52,130 nucleotides of DNA from NCBI RefSeq assembly GCF_001194135.2, contig NC_068982.1, positions 26,375,595 to 26,427,724 on the forward strand, in the 5' to 3' direction. The translations under genes and the position numbers were made by a program. The stretch's first letter is position 1. Each line of letters starts with the position of its first letter. The notes under the pieces were generated by a model. It was not told the DNA's origin, searched no databases, and worked only from the letters and a program-made list of their open reading frames with translations. The DNA comes from Octopus bimaculoides. Lineage: Eukaryota. Below, piece after piece: positions 9,986 to 23,207 of the stretch.

Positions 9986-11736
9986 ACTGGAAAATTTTCT
10001 CAAGAGTGCTTTTGCATGAAGTGCACACAGCTGAGTGCAGGTTAAGAGATCATTGCCTTCTTCCCTTAAAAAGTATTATTATTATTAAGACAAATGATGT
10101 TTTCCATTCTCATTACCAGTGTAATATTTCAGTTAAATTAAAATCATTTTGGTGTCACTACGTCAAGAAAATTAACTCACATACACATACACGTATATAC
10201 ATATACACACTCACGGATACGAGCGTACGTACCCCCCCCCCCACACACACACATATATCTGTGTGTGTATGAGTGATATTTTACAAAACTGAACTTACTT
10301 CCATTCTGTGCAATCCATTTATTTTATTTCATTTTCCTTTGAAGCCATGCCCTACCTGACACATTGTAGAAAGCTGTTTAAGCTAATTATGTAATTTATT
10401 CAATGTGTTTCTTTTATATAAGTATCATGAAGTTAGACAGCATTTCTCAGGAAGACTACAGGCCCCTGTTGTGTACCTTGCTTTTTTCAAGCATTATAAT
10501 TTACTTTCCGTGCACTTCAGGACAGTGAAGTGGTTCTCGTAAATGTAGAGTTCAGAAAAGGTTACGAAAGTTAATTCGAAACATGTACAATGACATATTT
10601 TAAAAATGAGATCTTTTGTATTCTTGGGAAGTAAAATGATACCATATTCCCTTTATATATCGAGTTGCTTTCAGAACAATTTTAGGATCGGTTCATATAA
10701 ACAATAAATATGTGGGAATCTATTATTAAGTCCATTGCCTGAGATAACAAGAATTTAGGATTTCCAAATAAAATTCATGAGCATTTAAAAGACAGCGTGA
10801 TATTTACAAAGATTTATGACTCATTCCCTTAGTATTTGCAGCTTTGAATTTCACAATGTATTTCGAATTCAATAAGATTGTGCCTTATATTTTCTTTATT
10901 ATTGAAACTCCTGTTATGTTCTATTGTCTGTTGCTATTTCCGTTTTGTCAGTTTTCATTATATCAGTATTGTTCTTCACAATACATCCGCTTCTCTTTAT
11001 TTGCTTGAGTTAATCTTTACTTTAAGTTCTTGTTTGAAAACTGCATTCAGCGACGTACGATGTTATATAATCTTTCCTCTAGACTTAAACCACTAATTGT
11101 TATACAAGAGTAGCATTTCGTTATTCTATTATCAGACACAGGAACACTGCATGACCTGAAATACTTCTTTAGGAATAAATTAGCGACAGTGAATAAAGGG
11201 AGTTTTTTTCGGTCACACCTTTAACGCCAACGTTATCTTAAAAGATTTCACATTATTTGGATTTACCCCTAAGAGTCAAAACGTATGTAAATAACAGTAA
11301 ATTGGAACGGAAAAGGAAAAGCTTTTGATTGAATAAAATCCATGTTCAGTATTTATCGAGTATGAACGGGATCAAACACTGTCAATGCCGATGTTCAAAC
11401 AAACTTTAGTACAATACATGGTATGGAAATATGTCAATAAATTTAGACCTTTTCCCCTCCTGTAAGATACCTAAAGATTTTATAACTCTTCCTATATCTC
11501 TGCAAAAAGAATTCCTAGTATATAGTGACATCTATGTGACCTACTACAAACCTGTATTCCAAATAAATTAATCACCACACGAGAAAATATTTAGAGATAC
11601 AAATAAGAAGGCATATCTATCTATCCAGCTAGCTAGCTATTTATCTATCTATCTCTATATATGTGTATACACACACACGCACGCACGCACACACACACAC
11701 ACACATACACACACAAACACACACATATATACATGT

Positions 11737-11774
<38 letters not shown>

Positions 11775-11919
11775 GATAGATAGATATAGATAGATATAAA
11801 TTCAATTTTTGGAGATTAATCGATATGCGAGTATTCTATTTCAGATGATAGAAAAATAGCCTAATGAGTATATCTGACAGTAAATTCATGGTATCAGTTT
11901 GTACGTCACGAAATAATAC

Positions 11920-12022
11920 TTTATAATAAGTCCTGAGGTCGATTTGCTCGACTAAAGGTGGTGCACCAGCATGGCCGCAGTCGAATGACTGAAACAAGTA
12001 AAAGAGTAAAAGAGTAAAGAGT
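11920..12022 (+). mobile_element. SINE family B 3' end with (GAGTAAAA)-type tail
   Basis: AATAAGTCCTGAGGTCGATTTGCTCGACTAAAGGTGGTGCACCAGCATGGCCGCAGTCGAATGACTGAAACAAGTAAAAGAGTAAAAGAG. Confidence 0.75.
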
Positions 12023-12617
12023 ATATCTAATTTTACATCCCTTTAAAAATAATCAAAACAATTAAGCATTAAAGATTAAAAATTAAGAATAAAAATTATA
12101 CTTTTTAGTATTAAGAATTAAAATTTATAAATTATGCATTATAAATATGAATTAGTATTTATATATCAATCATGTAAAATCAAGTATATGTCAAATACGG
12201 AATGTGAGATATGAGATTAAACATCAGAATAAAAATGCATGTGTTTAAATGTGATATATAACAAGAAAAATTCAAATACATATCTTCCTTTTTTTTTACT
12301 GGTACTTAAATGGTGATTTGAGGAAGAAGATAGCCTAGAACTATGGGTATTTATAGGTGATTAGTACCAAGGAGCTAATTACACTATACATAGTTTTAAT
12401 TCTAAATTATCCTCTATTATTATTTTCAAATTTACCCATATTGGGAGGTATATATAATTTGTTATATAATTTTAGTAATATTTAATTCATATATTTATTT
12501 TATTTAAATTATTGCACTATTTGTTTTTATTTATATAGTCTATTCAAGTGCTTTAGAAATAAATTATGTGTTTATTTGATTCAAGGGTTGGGGATTCTGT
12601 ACTTCATTTTAGCAAAT

Positions 12618-13010
12618 GTAAAATTACTTCGGTGCCTACATTTTGAACTCGTTCACCATGTATGTTTAGTAATTCATCTCTAGATTGTAGTAGTTTCATA
12701 ACTTCAGTTATGCATTATAAACACATTTTATTCCCAATATTATAGGAGTGGTCTCCACCTATAATACTCCAATCAAGTCTGTACTCTCTTTTTCTAGGTT
12801 TAAATTCCCATATATATTTACTTAAGCCTATAGACTTACTTAAATTGGGATTTTTAATGATTTGGTAGTGTTGCGATATACTATTTTTAATATCCTTAGC
12901 TGTTGATGCAATATAAGCCTTATTTATAATTTTATTATTGTTGTTCTTAGAGCTAACTATACATTTATAAATTACATTATGGATATTACAATTATTAGAG
13001 AGATTACATT
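12618..13010 (-). mobile_element. PLE GIY-YIG endonuclease relic (second subtype)
   Basis: CNLSNNCNIHNVIYKCIV...AYIAST...LSKYIWEFK...WSII...YNIGNKMCL*CITEV...LLN; matches the C..C..VVY..YIG..LSKYIW..C.LC..EK PLE pattern. Confidence 0.85.
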
Positions 13011-13509
13011 TAGTCTTACCATGACATGAACATTTTTCTATATGTTGAGATAGATAGATATAGATATATGTAATGTATGTGTGTTTGTGTGTGTTTGTGT
13101 GTGCGTGTATATACATACATACATGTGTGTGTGTGTACAGTTAGAGGAAGAAAGAGGATAGACAAATAACTTTAAATGACTCAAAATGTTTGACCGTGTA
13201 AATCAATTATAGCAAATATATTTTGTTAATTCGATATCTTGGCTTCAAAGTTCAGACATAGTGTTACATACTCACTATTACTCAATCAAAGCAGTTCAAT
13301 ACGCAAAAACATCTGAAGAATAATGAACCTAACCCCTTCCCCAACTTAAGCATCTATAAGCGAGCTGCTATGCGTATGTAGGATGCAATGTGGTCAGATA
13401 TGTGTAGGTGGTTGTATATATGGCTGTGTGTTCAAAACAGTTTGCTTCACAACCACCTGGATCCGGCTTGCTTCAATTTCTGAGTGGAAACTTCATGAAT
13501 AATCTTTAC

Positions 13510-13639
13510 CCATAGGTTCTAGTTGACATGATAAACCTATATGTGACCAGTTGTATACGGCTATCTTGACGAAAAGCAGGCACATTTTATACCCAAGTGG
13601 ATAAAATGTTACTTCGCCATTGTACAATATGAAATTAAC
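13510..13639 (-). CDS. Candidate exon A (phase 0 to 1); resembles the start of a C-type lectin-like domain
   Basis: Acceptor GCGTTTTGCAG|, donor TATGG|GTAAAG; 130 nt; only one frame is open: VNFILYNGEVTFYPLGYKMCLLFVKIAVYNWSHIGLSCQLEPM(G), with a C-x-x-F...W-x6-C spacing. Confidence 0.5.
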
Positions 13640-14267
13640 CTGCAAAACGCCATACATACTCTCTAATAAGGCACACACGTATTTCGCAACAACATCATAA
13701 ATAATATTAGTTAGTTCTCTCTCAAATATTTCTCAACAATCAGTCATACACTATATTATTTTGTGCCCAGACATCAAGTTTATACAAGAAAGAATGAACG
13801 AAAAGTCTCAACATCAGATGGATGATGGGAAGGAAATATGGATAATTTTAAATCGTTGCAAATATCAACATTGCTTGGTACTATATTTCAAGAAATATAT
13901 ATCTCATAAGCAGGTGTAAAAAAGGTAGAATACTCATGTGTTTTGTAGGTTAAGTCAATCAGTTGCGTAAATCCAGATATATAAATGTCCAGAATGGATG
14001 AATGTAGCAAAAAAAGGCACATTCTATATCATCCATGTTATAATTTGTACAGTGTAGAGTTTTACTTCCAAGTCGCCATATACTCAGTAATAAGAATTAT
14101 ACCTACAGTATAGGATATATCATTATTAGTCTTTGGAAGGAATTTTTCGCCGAAGTGCTCAATGACTATATAAACTACGAACTATTTTGCTCATGTTATT
14201 AAGTCTATACTGGAGAGAATAAACAAAGGAGTAAAGTTATGAGGATATAAACAAAATTTAGTTGAAC

Positions 14268-14402
14268 CTTGGCTTGCAGTAAAACTTCCGCTGCAGAAGG
14301 TTCTATTTTGACAACACTGTCTCTCATTAAGCGCCGTAAGTAAAACACTGTGTGTGTGTCTAGCAGTTTACGGCAGTTAGTTACGTAAATACCGTTATCA
14401 GA
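14268..14402 (-). CDS. Weak candidate exon (phase 0 to 0) upstream of exon A
   Basis: Acceptor ATTCTGTGCAG|, weak donor AAG|GTTCAA; 45 open codons SDNGIYVTNCRKLLDTHTVFYLRRLMRDSVVKIEPSAAEVLLQAK; no recognisable domain. Confidence 0.25.
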
Positions 14403-14472
14403 CTGCACAGAATGTAATCTGTGTGTGCGCACATGCACGTGCGTGAGTTTATGTCTCAATGTGTGTGTATGC

Positions 14473-14505
<33 letters not shown>

Positions 14506-14544
14506 CGTGTGTATAATATACAAAATATACATATAAGTGCATGC

Positions 14545-14591
<47 letters not shown>

Positions 14592-15074
14592 TATATATAT
14601 ATAATCAGAAAATGGAGAAAACCTCAGATCCTCAGATTAACAGACACATCGATTGGACCACATTTATAGCTTATGTTTTTAATACAAAGCATGACATAGC
14701 AAAAAGGTGACGTAACAAATCTTACGGCCGTTTCTGCATCCGTTGCCTAAAGCTGTCTATAAATAATTGCGAAAATACAATTCTTCATCTTCATAGGACA
14801 TTCGAATTAAGGCACGGAGCTTCATCACAGTTATAACCAAGAACATCCAATATAAACTATATTGGATGCTCCTATTTTTTTTACTCATATATGTCATGCT
14901 TTGTATAAAAATAAGCTATAAATGTGGTCAAATCGATGTATCTGTTAATCTAAGGTTTTCTCCATTTTCTGATTGTTTGTATTTCTTTCCTGATAAATTC
15001 TTGTTTATCCTGTTGTTACCAACACTCTACTGGCATAGTGTGCCTGCACACAAATGAGAGAGACAGAGAGGGAG

Positions 15075-15129
<55 letters not shown>

Positions 15130-15264
15130 TTCAGTTAGGGTATTGAAATATCACTTGCTATATTTGCTGCCATTGCTCCCAAATCACCAGTATGTGGGTA
15201 TGAGTGTTCGTGCGTGTATGTGTGCGCGCGCGCGTGTTTGTGTGCGTGTGTGTGTGTGTATGTG

Positions 15265-15306
<42 letters not shown>

Positions 15307-16289
15307 TCACATATGTGTTCATATATGTATGTATATGCATAGTGTATATATGTGTTTGCTTATATATNNNNNNNNNNNNNNNNNNNNNNNNNNNNNNNNN
15401 NNNNNNNNNNNNNNNNNNNNNNNNNNNNNNNNNNNNNNNNNNNNNNNNNNNNNNNNNNNNNNNNNNNNNNNNNNNNNNNNNNNNNNNNNNNNNNNNNNNN
15501 NNNNNNNNNNNNNNNNNNNNNNNNNNNNNNNNNNNNNNNNNNNNNNNNNNNNNNNNNNNNNNNNNNNNNNNNNNNNNNNNNNNNNNNNNNNNNNNNNNNN
15601 NNNNNNNNNNNNNNNNNNNNNNNNNNNNNNNNNNNNNNNNNNNNNNNNNNNNNNNNNNNNNNNNNNNNNNNNNNNNNNNATATATATGTATATATATACT
15701 TCGCGTAGAATCACGTGCTTCTGATTTTTGAGAAGAAATAGCGCAGCGGTCAAATTTACCTTTCATTCTACTTAGTAAACTAAGTAAATACAAAGAATAT
15801 ATGAAGGTCATTTTAAAATCAACTATAGCGATCTCTTCCAACATTAGAAATTATATTTCATGAACGAAAATAGAATTTCGAAAAAGAATTTTCAATAAAA
15901 CTCAATATCAAATTTAATTTAAACCTAAATAGAATGATATATATTTCAGATATGCTTTAGAAGATCCCCGGGAGCAATTCTGTTTATTGCTTTCGTATTA
16001 TTATTTTTACTTTACTTATAACTATTGCATCTCTTCGCTTATAACTATTGAAAACGTATGAACGTCATAATTTTCTAGTTTTTCTCTCCTACATATCTGA
16101 ACCATTCTAATTACAGGAGAGATCAATTTAATCCTGTTTAGACTTGGTTATTTTGTTTTATAACTCATTCATCGCAGTTTCTATAATTACTTCAGCTATT
16201 TTCATTGTCGTTTTTCTTTCGGTTTTGGTTTACGGTTCGTACGCCCAATTCTCAAACATTTTTGTACAGATACAGATTCGACGTATTTC

Positions 16290-17720
16290 ACCTGCTAGAA
16301 ATATCAGTAGAATTGCTCTGAAGTCTGCACTATGCCGACTTTCAGAAGAAAAGATATGAAAACTATATCTGGATAACAAAAAAGATTTGGCTGATCACGG
16401 TCAGAAAGGATTTAGTCATATCTCTACTTAATTGGGAAACTGAGAGAAACTAAAGCAACTGTTCAAAAGCTTCATTCCTGGCACATCAGAAACAACTAGA
16501 TAGAGAAAGGAAACCCTCTCTGAAGCACTCTCCACGTATGTCACACACTCATTCAAAACTCATAGACTCCCACAAACTTGGCGTTTTTATCCAGCATCGC
16601 AAGTCCTGTAAATTTTGCAATATCAACTGGAACGAGACAAGAGCTTCTGCGCATAGCACATTTTCCAAACTGCAACTGATCATTTTAGTTCCTTACCAAC
16701 TAAAATTTCTACTTACTTTCCGCAAAGTATTTTACCCCACTTCTCACATACGATGGTTCAGTAATTAGTACTCTTGCTGCAAAAGCTTTCATATTTATTA
16801 TCTACTTTGCATCTAACTCCAGGCTGTATACTTGAATGAAATTTCCTAGAACACTCTGCCTTGTTACTCGACGAAAACGGTCACCCTGCCAAGTGTGCAA
16901 GCACATACAGTTGCCAAACCAACGAGGCATCCGGGTCTGAAAGATTTTCTTTCATTACGAGGTACCTCATATTCTTTTCTAACTCTTCAATATCTCACTC
17001 TCGCTTCCAACCGATATATTCCGACCTTCTCTGCCAATTCATTAAATTTATACAGTGAAAATGAAACATTCTCCAAAGTGTCCCATACATAAAGAGAGCA
17101 ACCTTTCTGTTCCTACCAGCTAACACACCATCTTAATCACTTAATCCATCTCAGTTATGATGAAAAGAGAAAACATTATCGAAAACTATTTGCAACACCT
17201 CAAATTCTATTCTCTTTTGAGTGACTAATAAAACGGCCTTGGCAAAACCAGATATACTTGAGACCTAATTTTCTATGTTAGATACCAATGAGTATCTTTC
17301 TCTTCAAAGATTTAGTAAAAGGGCGTTATTACACAGCACATCCGCATAGTATTTTCTTCTGGCATGCGAATCATTTGAAAAATCTGCACCTCTATCTGAA
17401 CACCATCTATATTTAATTTCTTGGATCGGGAATTTCCTGTCAAACCACACAGTTATGTACTAATGGAGCTCTAACACACTCTATCAACTCAGGTGTGTGA
17501 TATTATTTTTCTCTATACACACTTTTTCCTTTAAATTAATGATCTACATACGGTTACCTCTGTCAACGCTCACTCTTAGGTAAGTGATAAGTGATTTATC
17601 CTTCATTCCTCTAACATTTAGAACCTTTGCATCATCTAATTGTATGTCAAATACCGCATGCCAAACACGCACCAACCCTTTAAACAGGTGTTTTAAAACT
17701 TAAAAACAACCTCATTTAAG
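16290..17720 (+). mobile_element. Heavily decayed CR1/Jockey-like LINE reverse-transcriptase region
   Basis: Broken-frame motifs: RIALKSALC...YLDNKKDLADHGQKGF (about 16300-16420), WIGNFLSNHT...SINSGV...INDL (about 17420-17550). Confidence 0.6.
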
Positions 17721-17729
17721 GTCACGCCT

Positions 17730-18430
17730 ATTTTGCTTCTTTCGACAGCACAAAGAAGTCGGCACAGCAGATATTAAAGAAATAATGCTTTGAATGATGG
17801 TCAGCAAGATGCTAAACAGAGTCACTTGATAAATTTTTGCTGAGGTTCTTCCTTCGCGGACCATATTTCTTTCCAAAATTCTTCCACTTCTGCTGCTGAT
17901 GCTGCACTGATCTCTATTTTATTTTTGCCAGGTTCTCTGTAGCATCTTTTGGCGTTGGAGTTCAACTCTGTTTTGTTCAAAGAAACGTTGACGTTTCTCG
18001 TATCAGCGGATTCTTTGTTCTTTGATGAGGATATCTTGCTTTAGCTGCTCTTTTACCTCGGGTATTCATTGTTCTGCAATTCTGTATTCATGTAATATTT
18101 TTCTTCTCTTCTTGTTGCTTAGTAGTGTTGATTGTCTTCTAGTATCATTAAGGATTCACAGATCCTATCTCTTATTTTCTATTTTTCTGAATATTATTTA
18201 TCAACAGGGTTTGTATGAGTGGTGATACTCCTGCTTGGATGGGTTTTAAGGAGTATCTAGCTTTTTTGTGGCCACAAAGGCTGCTGCATATATTATATCA
18301 TTTATCCCGGTCATATTGACATTTGTTTCTGTGGCTATTAGTTCTGTGACGGCCAGGCTCATGCTATTTCTTATCGATGTTGTTTTATTATCAATTTTAA
18401 TTTTTGGTAGGTATAATCGGTGGTCCATAC
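17730..18430 (-). mobile_element. R4/Dong-like (R2-superfamily) LINE ORF fragment
   Basis: INDIIYAAAFVATKKL...LAKNKIEI...EVEEFWKEIWS; abuts an (AAT)n tract at its 5' side. Confidence 0.7.
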
Positions 18431-18440
18431 TGGGATCACT

Positions 18441-18450
18441 ATTACTATTA

Positions 18451-18512
<62 letters not shown>
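18441..18512. repeat. (ATT)n microsatellite
   Basis: Directly visible. Confidence 0.95.
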
Positions 18513-18516
<4 letters not shown>

Positions 18517-18610
18517 GTTAGCACTCCGGGCAAAATTCTTGGCGGTGTTTCGTCCGACTTTACGTTCTGAGTTCAACTGCCGTCGAGGTTTAATTTGCTT
18601 TTGGGGTCAA
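18513..18610 (+). mobile_element. SINE family A fragment
   Basis: GTTAGCACTCCGGGCAAAATTCTTGGCGGTGTTTCGTCCGACTTTACGTTCTGAGTTCAA. Confidence 0.6.
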
Positions 18611-20424
18611 TCTCGGCGCGGCATTTGAATTTACTATTCGTAAGTTGACCGTAGACTACACTGTTAGGAAAGTATACTCTTAACTGCGCAGCCACTTACC
18701 AAGAACCCACTTACCAAGTTGGGTAGTGATAATCAGTTCTCTAGTTAATAAGATCTCTAAATGGCTTTTAATTTTATCCAATATTCAATACTTGAGAACC
18801 TAAGTGCTATGATGACCAGATGGACAGATAATTTAGATGAGGACTCAATGCATATGGCAATACATGGAAGTAACTACATAAAAGAAAATAAACATTAGCA
18901 GTTTAGTAACACATTTTGTCTCAACTTATAACTTATACACATTAATATATATACGCACTAATACATTTAGACGTGCATATTCCTCTCTCTTCCATCTCTC
19001 CTCTCTCTTTATATGTGTCTGTATGTGTGTGAGTGTGTGTATGAGTTCGTATGTGTATCGCTAAATATAAGTGTGTATATACATACTTATAAACATATAC
19101 ACATGTGCGCAAACAGATCATACATTCAAGAGTGGCTTTAAGTGCATGCTGTGCATCAAAACCAAGATGCACCTGTTTAGTTTGATTTTATTTATCTAAA
19201 TTATTCTATATTATTTCTGTGTATCTTATTTTCCTGATGTCATAAAAATATAATCATATAGCTACTATTAAACTGAGATTGTTTATGTCACAAATACAAC
19301 ACCAGTAGCTTGGAACAGATGGTGTGAAATATCTAATCAAGTAAGGAGAATAGTAAAAAAACAAAAAAAAAAACAAAAATAAACAACAGCAGCAAATACA
19401 AACACGAAAGACAGCTTAACAAGTAACTCGTCACTTTACAAACGAGCATATTTTCAAGAGATTCCGTGTCTTTTCATCATTGTAAACAAACTTCTTATGC
19501 CGTTCTAAATGTTTATTCATGTATTCACCTACATATTACTTCAATAATAATTGAAACTGGCAGTCTTTGGTATTGCTTTTTAAATATTGGAAAACAACAG
19601 TACTAACACTATTCGATAACAGCTGACAACTGAAAAATGTAGAAACAGAGGAAGGCTTTAGGACTATCGAGTCTATAAAAAATGTTTCGATTCCTGACCG
19701 AAGCTGTCTTGATTTTCTTACACTGCAAATACCCTAGAAAAAGTCTTTATGTTCCCGAGATTTAACCACCTCCCTTTTCCTTCTGTGTAATACAAGATCT
19801 TCGTTTTCAAATATAAGAAACCAATGTCTCACCTTATTACAAAATTTCAAATTTAGAGGGGGATGTTAGTGATGAGATCTAAGGTAGTAGATGATACTAA
19901 ATCCAAACTTACGTCAAATGAATTCTCTGACGTACATTACAAGCTGTTAATGTTGGTTGCGAAAAGTATTGCGACGTACACGATACTAGTGGCTGAGTAT
20001 TATGTACGACGTACAGTAAAATTGGAGGCACCGTTCACTTATATTAGTTTGCTAAAGAAAGATAATGCTAATACATCTAAATTCGGAATATTCTGTTCTT
20101 TAATAGATAAATCGCTTGAAGTGAAAGTTACTCCTAATTTTACAGGCACAGATATCAATAAAACAGCTACGCACATATGTATGGAAGTATGCATGAATAT
20201 GTTTATGTCTGCACGAAGAATATCATTTCTGCATAGAGAAAATTAGTAAGGCCACGAGTTTGAGAGGAGGAGTTATTTGAATCTACATGATATAAGCGAC
20301 ACTTTATTTTAATCGACACCGAAAATTTTGTACAATTTAAATTGATAACTGGAGTGTAAACCACCCAATGTTCAATCCTGCCGTCCATCATATGGAGGGT
20401 AGATACTGGTATGATGATATGTGA

Positions 20425-20640
20425 ATGTGGTGAGCAGGCAAAATCCTTAGCACGCCGGGCAAAATGCTTAGCAGCCTTTCATCCGTCTTTGCGTCTGAGT
20501 TCAAATTCTGCTGAGATCGACTTTGCCTTTCATCCTTTCGCGGTCAATAAAATAATTAATAGTCAAACACTGGGATCTATGTAATCGACTTAACCCTCCT
20601 GTGAAACTGCTGGTCTTGTACCATAATTTAAAACCGATAT
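20425..20640 (+). mobile_element. SINE family A, near full length
   Basis: TGGTGAGCAGGCAAAATCCTTAGCACGCCGGGCAAAATGCTTAGC...GAGTTCAAATTCTGCTGAGATCGACTTTGCCTTTCATCC...GTAATCGACTTAACCC. Confidence 0.8.
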
Positions 20641-21807
20641 TACGATACGTGTGCGCGAGTGTGCGCAATTAGCAATTGAGCTGAGTCAGTGTTGCTTTTC
20701 CCTTACCTCATAATTACTTCTGATACGATTGACTGTTGATTATGACTACTTTAAATATGTTAACACATATTACTGATGAAGAGGTAAACTGATAGCTAAG
20801 CTGCATAAACAGAATAGAAACAATGATAAGATATGGACTAGTTGATTATTATTTTAGAAAAACAAAATGAATAAATACTAAATAATTTACTGAAACTTCA
20901 GCCTTTAAGATTATTATGCAAGTAATGTAACTTAATAATATATTTTATTTATGATTCTGTTAATAGCATAAATGTAATTATAAACCAGTTTTGAAAGTAC
21001 CATTTCAGCTGTTCCTCATTGTTTTAATATCAGTTTTAATCTCGTAAACCTAATAGCAATATTAATGATCTGCCTCTATAACTGGCATTTTATATTAAAT
21101 AAGAAAAATAAGGAAAACAAAACATTATAAATTGCAGGTCACAAAGGAAGAAGATATCTATTTCATAACATAAAAACCCTAAATCTCTATGCATGTCACA
21201 AATCTCGTGAGTTTTGTAAGAGATAAATTCAGTCAAGTCATCTGGAAATTGAATCCAAAAGTCAATTTAAAGGAAACATAATAATTGTGCAGTACTGCTA
21301 GTTCCGCATTTGACACCAGTAATCAATGTGTTTACTAAAAGTGTCATCAAACTGACAAGAAAAAAAGCTTCCAACACTGGCAAAGCATAAATCGTCGGTT
21401 GACATTCCCGAAGTGACGCAGCGAATTAAAACATACTGAGACGCATTTTTTATGGTAAATATTCTATGAACAAATTCATAATATATGTCATCAAATTGCT
21501 TCCGTTAGAAAGAAAACACGCAAAAGTTTTCACGTAGGCATATGCACATGTCTCTCTTTCTCTTTATATATATAAATATGCATGTGTGTGTGTATGCGTG
21601 TTTGTAACTTCGAACCCAGAATCTCATTACTACTAAATGAACTTCCTAACTACTCTGTGAAGCCTGCCTCCGTATACATATATAGACATACCATACGCAC
21701 ACGCACGCACACACGCAAACACGCACACAGTTATATGTATGTATGTGTGTATGTATGTATGTATGTATGCATGTATGTATGTATGTATCTATCTATCTAT
21801 CTATCTA

Positions 21808-21876
<69 letters not shown>

Positions 21877-21949
21877 GCATGCATGTATGTATGTTTGTAT
21901 GTATCTATGCATATCTATACATGCAATTATATTCAATAGCAGCCACATA

Positions 21950-22121
21950 TTGATGTTTCAAATTTTGTCACAAAGCCAGTAAGTTCGGGAAAGGGATAAG
22001 TCGATTACATCGATCCCAGTTCTCAACTGATACTTATTTTATTGACCTCCGAAAGGATGAAAGGCAAATTCGACATCGCTGGAATTTGAACCGGCGTGCT
22101 AACAATTCTAGCAGGTCGCCC
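21950..22121 (-). mobile_element. SINE family A with an internal deletion
   Basis: AAGTCGATTACATCGATCCCAG...GAAAGGATGAAAGGCAAATTCGACATCGCTGGAATTTGAAC is the reverse complement of the family-A core. Confidence 0.75.
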
Positions 22122-22585
22122 CCTTATATTGAATCCCTTCTATACACATTATTATATTGTATTTATTCATTAAATACTATCAGAACAATTAGAAGTTGAA
22201 GAAACAACTGTGATAATCGCATGCATTTTCGCATTCATTTATCATTATTTTTATGCGTAAAATATGTTTCCTCTTATTAATCTATAATCCAACATTTAAT
22301 CTAGAATCTCATTTAATCTTTATTCTATACCCTTATTTCATTCTTAACCTATTTGTCACCCAAACGTTCCTTTTCATTATTTTTCATTACTGTTTTCCTT
22401 CTTCAAAGATTTCGAAAGTGAAAATAGGCGTTATTAGTTCATATTCTACATTTGATTTCTGAATATTTGTACTAATTAAATCACTGATATAATTAAGTAT
22501 TGAAAAAGAATAATTGAATGTGTAGCTTGCTCAAGAATGAGAAGAAATATATAAACAAAAATTCGAAGCCATATGACAAACATAC

Positions 22586-22627
22586 TTTTCCTGTTTCAAG
22601 CGCCGAACCATATAACCTTTGATATTA
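22586..22627 (-). CDS. Weak candidate micro-exon (42 nt, phase 2 to 2)
   Basis: Acceptor GTTATTTTCACAG|, donor AAA|GTATGT; reads xNIKGYMVRRLKQEx. Confidence 0.25.
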
Positions 22628-22800
22628 CTGTGAAAATAACACTTATTCCTTACTTGAAACAAACTAAACTTTCTCCCCCTTTATTTGCGATAGCTTTGAT
22701 GAAAAAAGCAAGCTGGATTGCTGAGCAATTCCAACTAGTTTCCTCTCGATATTCTTCTTGCATTTATATACATATTTAAAAAACCCATATATCATATATA

Positions 22801-22836
<36 letters not shown>

Positions 22837-22985
22837 TGTATGTATGTATGTATTTACGTTTGCATTTACACATTTACATCTCATGCTCTGTACACACAGA
22901 CACACACAAGCACACACACACACACACACACAGAGGCACGCACATATATAAGTATATATATAATATAACATATATTATTATTACA

Positions 22986-23074
<89 letters not shown>

Positions 23075-23078
23075 CATT

Positions 23079-23131
<53 letters not shown>

Positions 23132-23139
23132 CATTATCA

Positions 23140-23207
<68 letters not shown>
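22986..23207. repeat. Long (ATT)n with ATC interruptions
   Basis: Directly visible. Confidence 0.95.
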
